This document shows positions 20,934 through 30,800 of a DNA stretch of 34,048 bases, piece after piece (within the stretch, counting starts at the first letter, position 1; each line of letters begins with the position of its first letter). The notes under the pieces were generated by a model. The model saw nothing but the letters and a program-made list of their open reading frames with translations, was not told the DNA's origin and did not search any database. The position numbers and the translations under genes are program-made. Source of the DNA: Fonticula alba ATCC 38817 (taxonomy: Eukaryota; Protista; Nucleariida); assembly GCA_000388065.2 (NCBI GenBank), contig KB932208.1. One strand, 5' to 3'.

Positions 20934-23900
20934 CTCCCCCCTTGCTTTCGTGACCTCGGCGGCGTGGCGAACGCCGGTGCCGGCAGGTCAATGCGTCGCC
21001 TGCCAGGACCCCCACTGCAGGACGTGCGTTGCCGGTGGGTGCCTTGTTTGCCAGGAAGGGTACCTGCTGGAGCTGGACCCATCGAGCGAGGTTCCCACCT
21101 GTGTGACCGGCTGCCGGTTGGGCTTCCGGCGGAATGGCTCCCTCTGCCAGCCGGCCCAGGCATCCGGCGCCCCGGTGGGCGTTGAGCTGTCCTCGGCGCC
21201 GACCGCCGGCGGCGGCGGCGGCTCGGCCGTCGAGCGGCTGGGCTTCCTGGCTCCGACGCGCCTGGTGGCTCTCCACCGGCCGGGGCATGAGACGGTCCTG
21301 CAGCTTCCGGAGGTCATCCCTCCCGGCGGCCCGGCACACTATTTGGGCTTCCCCGCGGACCCCAATGTCCCTCCTCGGTGGATGAAGCACCAGCAGCCCG
21401 ACCCGGCCACCCTGGACATCACTGACCTGCCGTCGACGAGCTTCCATGGGCTCGGCCCTTCCATTTTGCACTATGTCGAGCTGGAGCCAATGGTTGTCCC
21501 CTCGCAGGGGGGCTCCATCGGGGCGGTCTTTTGCACGGCCCAAAGCATCACCCTTGCGCGCTTCGTGTGCCTCCGGCCTGGGGTGCCCGAAGCGCCGGGG
21601 CTGTGCGACACCCGGCTGACATTGCAGACGGCTGTCAATCAGCCATGCGCCCAGCTCCGGGCACTGGACAGCCAGACGGTCCTGGCCTCGGTCGGCTCCT
21701 CTCTCTATATGCTGACCGTGGAGCCGGAGACGCTCTTGGTGGCCCTGGTCCCGTGGGTGTTGCTGGTGCCGGTGCGCTTCCCCGGGCCGGACGGCTGGCC
21801 GGACCTGTGGATGCGCCTGCACAGTGCCGGGCCGACCCATCAGGAGGGCTATGCGCTGGATTTGGTTGCCCTGGCCCGCGAGTCGGACATGCGGCTCGAG
21901 GGTCTGACCTCGGTGGTGGCCCGGCGTCCGGGCGAGGGGGTGGGCCACCGGCCGGCCCTCTTTGCGGCCACCCCCGGTCGACTGGCCCATGCCAGCGGGG
22001 CAGGCGAGGTGTTCCTGTCGGGCGTCCAAGTGCCGAGCGATGCGCCCACCGGGCCCGCCTATTGGGAAGCCATTCACCTGCCCCTCGGGGCGGTGCCCCA
22101 TGGGCGGACGTCCACCATGGTCGGCAATTCCCTGCTGCTGGCCGAGCTGCCGGACGGTGCGCCCCTCAACTACCAGGTGCTCGCGGTGCCGCTGGGCGAT
22201 CCGGAACACCCGGCGGCCCTGGTGCTGCTGACCAGCAATCTGCTGGGGGTGTCGGTCCTGCGGTGCTCGATCGGCAGCGGCTTTTGCCATCTGCAGCCTG
22301 GGCAGCTGTTTGATTTGCCACACACCCTGCCCTCGGTGGCCACCTCGTCCCTGGTGCCGGTGTCCGATCCGGGCCTCCAGTCCGACGCGCCGGGGCTCAA
22401 GCGGCGCCACCGGGCGAGCTTCCTGCTGGCCCTCGACCATGCCGACCCCTATCGGGTGGACTTGCAGGTGGAGTATTGCCCGGAGGGGACATTCGAGCCG
22501 GAATGCCTCGCATGCCATGGCCGGTGCATGGCCTGCACCGGGCCCGGTCCGGATGAGTGCTCTCGCTGCCGGCTGGCCCTGCACGAGGCGCCTGACGCCT
22601 GCTTGGATGCCTGCCCTGCTGGACTGCATGCCAACCACCGGACCGGCATGTGTGACTGTCCGCTCGAATGTGCCCTGTGTGGCCCGATCGGTGGCCCCCA
22701 GGCCGATGGTGCCCATGAGTGTACCCTTTGCCAGGCGGGCTTTGCCCTGGCGCAGCCCGGCGTCATGGGCCCATGTCTCCCTTGTCACCGGGACTGCGCC
22801 GAGTGCGCTGTCCCCTCGGCCAGGGCGGACTCCTGCACCCGGTGCCGGGCTGGCCGCATCCTCGTGGATGGGGCCTGCCTGGACGCCTGCCCCGAGGGGC
22901 GCTGGCTGGATGCCCAGGCGCAAGCGTGCCGGCCTTGCCTGGAGGGCTGCAAGCGGTGCACCTCGCCATGGGAGTGTGATGCCTGCCTCGGGGGACACTT
23001 TCGGTCGCCGGTCCAGGCGGGCGCCTGCAGGCGTTGTGATCCCTCCTGCGAGTGGTGCTCCGACGTGGACAGCTGCCTGGCGTGCTGGCATGGGCTGGTC
23101 TTCCTCGATACCAATCCCATGGTGGCCTCCCTTTGCGGGAGCACCTGCGCGCCGGGCGAGTATGTCGGCACGGNNNNNNNNNNNNNNNNNNNNNNNNNNN
23201 NNNNNNNNNNNNNNNNNNNNNNNNNNNNNNNNNNNNNNNNNNNNNNNNNNNNNNNNNNNNNNNNNNNNNNNNNNNNNNNNNNNNNNNNNNNNNNNNNNNN
23301 NNNNNNNNNNNNNNNNNNNNNNNNNNNNNNNNNNNNNNNNNNNNNNNNNNNNNNNNNNNNNNNNNNNNNNNNNNNNNNNNNNNNNNNNNNNNNNNNNNNN
23401 NNNNNNNNNNNNNNNNNNNNNNNNNNNNNNNNNNNNNNNNNNNNNNNNNNNNNNNNNNNNNNNNNNNNNNNNNNNNNNNNNNNNNNNNNNNNNNNNNNNN
23501 NNNNNNNNNNNNNNNNNNNNNNNNNNNNNNNNNNNNNNNNNNNNNNNNNNNNNNNNNNNNNNNNNNNNNNNNNNNNNNNNNNNCTGGAGGGTGCCTGTTT
23601 GTCTTCGTGCCCGGAGGGGACGACCGAGGAGGGCGGCTCGTGCGTCCCCTGCCCGGTGGGCTGCTCGGCATGCACGGACCCGGCTACCGGACAGTGCTCT
23701 GTTTGCCGGGCATCATGGGTGCTGCTTGCTGGCACCTGCGTCGAAAGCTGCCCCCCGGGACAGTATGCGGCCGATGCCGAGCTCGGGGGCCAGGTGTGCC
23801 GGGCGTGCGACGGCACATGCCTCGAGTGCTCCGGGCCCGGCCCGGCCAAGTGCTCGGCGTGCCCGCCGGGGCTGATGCTCCATGAGGGCCGGTGCGAGGG

Positions 23901-25751
23901 GTCTTGCCCGGCGGGCATGTTCGAGTGCCTGCTGGCCGGGCGGTGCGAGGCCTGCCCGGCCGGGTGCACGGCATGCACCGTGGCCGAGGAGAGCCCGGTG
24001 GGGTGCGCGGCCGCCTGCTCGGCCTGCCAGGGGGGCCTCTTCCTGTCCTTTGCCACGGGCGAGTGCCTGCCTGGCTGTCCGCTCGGGGAATATGCCCCGG
24101 CTGGCTTGGCATCCTGTGCTCCGTGCCAGGAGGATTGCATGAGCTGCCACCAGGTGGCCTCCCTGTGCACCAGCTGTCGGAGGGGCCTTCTGCTGGAACA
24201 TATGGGGGCCTGTGTGGCTGCCTGCCCGGGGTCGGGCTTTTCGCCGGAATGGCTGCCCAGCCCGGTGTGTCGTGCCTGCGCCGAGGATTGCGACCGTTGC
24301 ACCGCCGGCCCCAGCACGCCGGCGTGCGATGTCGCCCCCTCCGGGGCACTCACCTGCCCGATGGTGGACACCTGTGACCGATGCTCCGGGGACCGCCTCC
24401 TGCTAGGGGGCGTGTCATGTGTGCCCACTTGTCCGGAGGGCTTTTTCGCCGATCACGAGGCCCCGGCCCCGGCATGCGTCCCCTGCCACTCGGGCTGCGG
24501 CACATGCGTCGGGCCCGGGCTGGCTGACTGTCTTGACCGGCGGGACCGTGCCTCCAGGCGAGGCCTTGCCCTCGGTCTTGGGATTGGCCTGGGCCTTTTG
24601 GCGCTCCTGCTGCTGCTGGCAGGCCTGGCGGCGATGTACCTTCGCCATGGACGATCTCGCTCGGGCCGGAAGGGGTCCGACCATTTGGAAGACGATGTGA
24701 CCGTCCTGAACACGATCATTGAGCTCTCCCTGCCCGGCAGCATTCAGGTGAGCATTTCGAGCGACTTCACGCCATTGCCCGGGGAACAGCTCGGCACCGG
24801 GACCCAGGCCACGGTATATGCAGCCCGCGCGGTGGGCGCCGGCATCTCGGACCGGCTTGGCTGCCCGGCGGTTGTTGCCATCAAGCGGCTGAAGGCCGAC
24901 CGCCTGCGGCCTTCGCAGCTGTCGATGTTCCACAATGAGGTGGCCCTGATGTGGCTTTTGCGCGAGCACCCGGGCATCGTCCGGTTGTATGGCTACTCGG
25001 AGGCCCCGCCGGCCCTGGTGATGGAGCGCTTCCAAACGGACCTCGGCACGCTCCTCCACTCGGAGGCCCCGCTGACCGAGCCGACGGTGCTGGACATTGT
25101 TCGGCAGTGGGCCACCGGACTCGAGGCCATGCATGCCCAGGGGATGGCCCACTGCGACCTGAAGCCGGGGAATGTCTTCCTCAGTCTGGACGAGCATCGG
25201 GGATCCTGGCGCGCGGCCCTCGGCGACCTTGGCACAAGTAGGAACCTGAGTGCCGACCGGACGTCGGTGCTGGTGGCCGAGAGTCCGGCCTTGAATGCCA
25301 TGACAGCGCGCTACGCGGCGCCCGAGGTATTGACCGCCTTCCATCGCCGGAGACCCCTGGACCGGGAGCTCTACCTGCCGGCGGACATCTTCGCCGCGGC
25401 TGTCATGCTCTGGGAGTGCCTGCATCGTGCACTGCCCTGGAAAGGTACGTCCTATGTCCGACACGCCGACACTGCCCGGCATTCGGCGGGCAGGGGGGGG
25501 GGGCAGGAGGGGGCAGGGGGGATGCGGAGCCGATGCTGACCGATGCCTTGCTCGTTCTTGCCTCAGGGGCGGATTTCCAGACAATCTCCGAGTCTGTCAG
25601 GGCCGGCGCTCGACCGGAAGTGTCGGCTCCGCTCGCGGCCGGGCCTTTGGGCGACCTTCTGCAGCTCGCCTGGCATGCGGATCCCGGCTCTCGGCCACTG
25701 AGCTCCTCCTTCCGACAAAAGTGTGCCATGGCCGCGGCGCTCGAAATGTAG
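19224..25751 (+). CDS. Receptor-like non-RD Ser/Thr (TKL-like) kinase, about 2040 aa: signal peptide, beta-rich domain A, Cys-rich linker, beta-rich domain B, furin-like repeats, TM, kinase. Exons 19224-20697, 20987-25444 (contains gap), 25567-25751
   Basis: Signal-like LPVLAILLLVGLLASRPAGA. Phase-1 intron gtacgc..cag (20698-20986) fuses the 526-aa and 1570-aa ORFs. TM GLALGLGIGLGLLALLLLLAGLAAMYL. Kinase motifs LGTGTQATV, VAIK, HNE, HCDLKPGN, GDLG, YAAPE, ADIFAAAVMLWE. The final exon after gtacgt..cag ends at TAG. Confidence 0.9.
20896..20931 (+). repeat. (CTG)n repeat in intron 1 of kinase gene 2
   Basis: Direct reading. Confidence 0.9.
23174..23583. other. Assembly gap within Cys-rich repeat exon
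   Basis: N bases. Confidence 1.
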
Positions 25752-26581
25752 CGGCACCCAGCGTCCGACGCCTGGGCAGAGGGCCCTCCGACGGCGAGGG
25801 AGGCGCGGGGGGTGGGGGGGGGGGGGGCGTACTGCGATGGATGCGCGGTCCCCATCGCCGACTTGCCCGGCACATGGCTAAGATGCATCTGCCGGCGGGA
25901 ATGCACAACAGATTGTTCCCAGAAAGCAAAGGAAGGAGGAAGTGGGCGAGAAAAGGGGCATCGGCCAGGAGGCGCCCTCCTTGCCAGGAGGGGGGGGGGG
26001 AGATCCCCGCCTCCGGTGGCCGAAGGCGAGAGTTCCATGGTGTCGAGCGGGGTTAAATTCATTCGAGCCCGAAGAGAATGGCAAAATATATGCCACTATT
26101 AATATGGCTATTGATGGCTATTCCAGAATGCATACATTCCACCGTTAGTCACAAACTCAAAATTCCTTCTTCTTTTTGTCCGGCCCCACCGGGCACGCTG
26201 CCTCGCGAGACTTGAAGGGCAGGTGAATGTGCTGGCTCTGGTCAGGCTCGGCCGAGTTCGTCGGTGGCCAAAACTAGAAGTGTGCCCAGTGATCCCGGTC
26301 TATTCGATGGGCACCGGGAGTCGCTTGCCTGCTTGACGTGACATGTTGAGGCTTGCTACTGCGGCAGGGCCGGAGGGCGAGAGCACTTGGATGATGGCGG
26401 AGAATCAATGCGAGGGATGGGGAGGGGGGGGGGGGGAGATCCCGTCCATTCCTCCTCGGACGTTTAGCCGTCCTGCCCTGTCGGCTCTGTGCGTGCGGCC
26501 CGGCTCTTGGATGGCCCATCGTTCCTTGGTCGAATCGTGGGGTGTGGCCGAGGACCATCCGGAAGAGTCATGGGAAGAAGC

Positions 26582-26609
26582 CTCTCTCCCTCTCTCTCTC
26601 TCTCCCTCC

Positions 26610-26646
<37 letters not shown>

Positions 26647-26695
26647 GCTCTCTCTCTCTCTCTCGCTCTCTCGCTCTCTCTCTCTCTCTCTTTCT
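26582..26695 (+). repeat. (CT)n-rich microsatellite
   Basis: Direct reading. Confidence 0.92.
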
Positions 26696-27881
26696 CGGGC
26701 CACTTGTCGCTGGAATCTCTGAGGGAGTCGGATCAGGCTGGGTCGCCAAACAGTGTCACCGTGGCGACCGGCCGGCATGTCCCGGCAAACACAGGGAAAG
26801 CGCCGCCCCTGATGATGACCATGTCATGGACCGAGAACATTTGAGAAGGAAAGAGCGAGTGGGCGAGGGAGAGCGGCGCCTCTCGATTCCCGAGGGACCA
26901 TGACGGGGAGTGGCCCACCCAGCGCGGGGGTCACATTTCCCGACGGGCGGGCCTGGTCCAAGGGCTCGGCGGCCCTTTGGCCTGCCGATTGAGGGAGTTT
27001 CCTCCCTGGGCTTGGTGGTCTCCAGTGTGAGTCCGGATGAGGCATTGGCGGTGTCTCGCCCCCCGGCATCCAGCCCATGCTCAGGTGTGTCGAGGTTCTG
27101 ACGAGAGTACAATGTGGCCTCGGTCGCCGGTCTTGCCCGAGGCGCGATGCCCCCATGCGCATTCCACCGGCCCTCGGAAAATGCCAACGATTGGATATTG
27201 TCCGTCAGACTGCCGGAAAAAACCCTGTTGCGGTTACTCTGCTACGGAAGCTGACCAGGCCGCCTCTGCCGCGGGGGGGGCCTCACAGGGAGGTGGCGAG
27301 GTTTGGAAGTCCTTTTTCGGGGCCGGCCGCCGGAAGGATTGGCCCCGCTTCCTCGGGGCCCAGTCGAGGGCCGGAGAATGTCGTGTTGGCGGTGCACGCG
27401 GCCGCGGGGGGTGGCAGAGTGGTCGAATGTTGGCGGAGGGGGGCGCCGGTCGCCCTGGGAAGAGGCCGGCACCGGCGGCCGTCTCAACTGGCGGTCCGGC
27501 TGGCATCCGTTCGTGTTTCGGCATCAGCCTAGTACAACACCGCCCACGGGAGTCCGGATGGCGTCATTTTACACCCTCAACCCGGCGTGGGCGGGTGTGT
27601 GTGTGCGCGTGACTGCGACCGGTACCCAATCCGCTGGGCTGCTTTTGCCCTTATTCCCCTTGCTCCTGCCCCTGCGACGGATGTTGTCTCGGGCGATCTT
27701 GTCAGGAACCGGGCTCCGAGGCTCTTCGCCGGATATCCACTCAAAACCCCTCCCCCCGTCCCCTCTTGCATCCCTCTCTCGCTTCCTCTTTCTCCTCCCC
27801 CCCCCCGCTTTTACTTGCCGCATCCTTGTGCGGGGCCGTTGTCGACCGCTGCCCACGTCGCCGGCTCGGACGATCGCCACC

Positions 27882-30800
27882 ATGGTCCTATCGCGATTGG
27901 TCCCAAGGCCGTGGCACTTGGGCACCATGCTGTCGGTCGTGCTGGTGCTTTTGGGCACATGTGCCAGAAGCTCGGCCGGCAGGTCTCTGCTCTATTACCA
28001 AAAGGCCCCTGGACGTCTTTCCCCCGACCCCGGGGCCACAGTCCGACAGCTCCTGTTGCCCGGCCTGGCCGAGGCTCGCTGGGTCCGCGCCGATGGCAAG
28101 GTATACTATTCTGACCCGTCCAATATTGACTTCACCACCCTGGGGGAAGACCGCCTCGGGGCGGCTTTCCCGTTTCCAGTGGACATGATTTCGAATGGGC
28201 ATTCCTTTCCGACCTCTCCGAGCCACTCCTTGCACCATGTCCCGAGCCTGGTTGACGACCGCGGCGTGGTGGTTTTCTCTGCCACCAAGATGTCCTTCTA
28301 TGCGAATGACGGATTGCTGGGTGAGCATGAGGACAGCCAATTGGAGAGACTACTGGCCGCCGTCCAAGCCGAGCAACAAGCCGTGAGTGTGCTCTTCGGA
28401 AAGGCAGACGAGAACATATACTTCGGCCTCATCGATCACGCTACATCCCCACCGATTTTGCTTTCGACTCTGGGCTCTTCTGAACCGGAATTCCGAGCTT
28501 CTCTCGGCCTCGGTCCCGTCTTCCATGTGGTCAACAATCAGGCATATTTCCGCGTGGATGCCCTCACCGGGGAGGTGCAAAGGGATTCCCTCAGCGATGT
28601 CGATCGCATTCTTCAAGTCTTGCCGACGCGGCTGGTCTCCACCGATCCCGACAGCCAGGATGTGGTCTTTCTGCTGAACAGTGGGAGCATTTGCATTTGC
28701 ATCGATTGGCAGCCATCCGGTAACTGTCCCTCCCAGGGGGCATCCATCACCATTGCCCTGACGGATGTAGGAGCCTCCACATCCGGGGAGTTGTTGAATC
28801 CCCCGCCACAGGCCCTCGCTCAGGGTCTTTCCTACTTGCTTTACCATGATCCGGGAACAAGCGCCGTCTGGCGCTTTGATCTTCACCCCGATGGGACACA
28901 CATTACCAAACATCAAGAAATTGTCCTTGCAGGAATGTCAGGCTTCCCGTCTGTCGGAAATCTGCGCCTATTGGCTTTCAGGCACACGGGTTCGGCCGAA
29001 GATTGGGTCTTGTCGGATGGGGAGTTTGTCCACTTTGACCCGAATGCCTTCCGGTGCCAGGAAGACCCGTCCATTGTGTGTGACGATGAGAGCCGGTCGT
29101 CTGCCCAGGGCTGGTCATGCGCTGAGGGAAGGGTGCTGGCGCCGTTCGATTCGCAAGGCCACCTCTGTGGTGGCTGCGATGACGAGTGGACAAAAACCCG
29201 TCGAGATCCCTTTGATGGTGCGACCGACATTCGAACGCCGGAAGCTCACCCTGTCATGTGCCCCTGACGATTGCCCCATTTGCATATGACCTCTTTTCTG
29301 CCCTGCCCATCGTGTTTGCCGGCGGACGGCTGGCCAGGCTCATGTACCTTGTGCTTGATCGATGGCTGCCGCGTTTGCCACCAGAACCGGTGCCTGGTGT
29401 GTGTAGATGGCTACCGCCTCCATGTGGACACGGACAATGGGGATACCAGCTGTCTGGCTGACTGTCCGTCCGACTGGCCGGGCAGTGGTGGGGATCTCTG
29501 CACCCCGCCCGCCATGGGACGGCTGAGTCTTGCCTGGGGAGGGATGGACTTCCTTGAGCAGCCGCATGCCGGCGCTCTGGCGAGTTTGGCATCCGTCGCG
29601 GCCAGCCACCTCGTTTGGTCCCCCTCATTGGAGAAACTCATGCTTGAGTTTCCTCTGCCCTCGGCAAATACCCTGCTTGGTTTTGACCATGACTCCCAGG
29701 TGGTGGAACTGACAAGAGCGACAGATGGCAACTTTCTCCGCTCGCAGGCCATTCCTTTCCCCCTGGGTGCCCCTTCCATTGTGTGGTCTATGATGGAATT
29801 GGCCTTGCCCTTGGATGAAACCGCCTGGCCAGCCCTGGGCATGGTTCTTTGCGTTGGAGGTGCCTCTCTCCACTTTTTTATGGTGAGCTGCTCCCATCCC
29901 GGCGGAAGCCTGCCCACTGTGGGAGATTCTTGCCAGGCCAGCTTCCAATCCAAGGGTGATATGGACTGGCCGGGGTGCCATCTCCGGCGTCTGTCCAGGA
30001 CACACATCAGTGTGGAAGCCGGGCCGACCAGCTCCCCGGGCGCGGTCATTTCCTTCGATGCATCCGGCACTCCCTTGGTTGTCCGCCAGCCGGATACCCA
30101 TCGCCATGCGGCACTCTTCGCCGGGGTGCCGGGCGCCGGTGATCAACTCCTCTCGGTTGGCGGCCACGTGTCACGGATTCTGCCCTTGGCGCTGGGCGCG
30201 GATGATGTCCGACGGATAGCCCTGCCTGCGGCTGTGGCGGCTGATCCCCAGGGGTCGCATGGCTGGTATGGCATTTCGGTGGCCGACTTTTCGAATGATC
30301 GTACGATTGAAACCTTTCTCAATGACCTGGTTCCCGATGGGGAGAGCATCCTCTGGAGGGTGTTGCATCTGCCGCTCGGTGGGTTGCCACATGGCCGAGT
30401 GGCCGAGGTGCCTGGAAACACCCAAACCTTGGCCCAGCTACCGAGGGCATGGGACTCGGCCACGCTTGAGCCGGCCTTCCTGACAGTGGGCCCGCTGAGC
30501 GAGGAGTTTCCCGTCATTTTGCTGATGGTCATGCCGGGCGGTCTGGCAGCGGCGCCCTTGCGCTGCAATCCGGCCGCCAATCATCTGTGCTGGCTGAGGC
30601 AGGCCAGCTTCCATGCCTTCCCGGGGGGTGTGCAAGTCGTGCCTGCCGAGGTGACCGTTGCCCAGGTCCATGGCCCTGCCGCGGTCGGCACTTTGGCAGG
30701 GGAGGAGCCCTCCATCACGATTGTGTTTCAAGTCGCCACCGGGCCGGCCTGGACCATGGACATTCGGCTGGCGGCTTGCCCAGATGGAACGCACGGGCCG

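Noticed and set aside
24538-24561. Polybasic RRDRASRR before the TM as a Kex2/furin shedding site
   Set aside because: It is absent from the equivalent position in paralogs 1 and 3, and there is no independent support.
20827-25539. 1570-aa ORF as a separate gene with its own start
   Set aside because: It begins at TTG inside an intron. A phase-1 GT..AG intron joins it to the upstream 526-aa ORF exactly as in paralog 3, and its last ~30 codons are intronic.
25752-27881. Possible gene between kinase 2 and kinase 3
   Set aside because: I could build no consistent spliced frame or recognisable product; the region contains microsatellites and looks intergenic or UTR.
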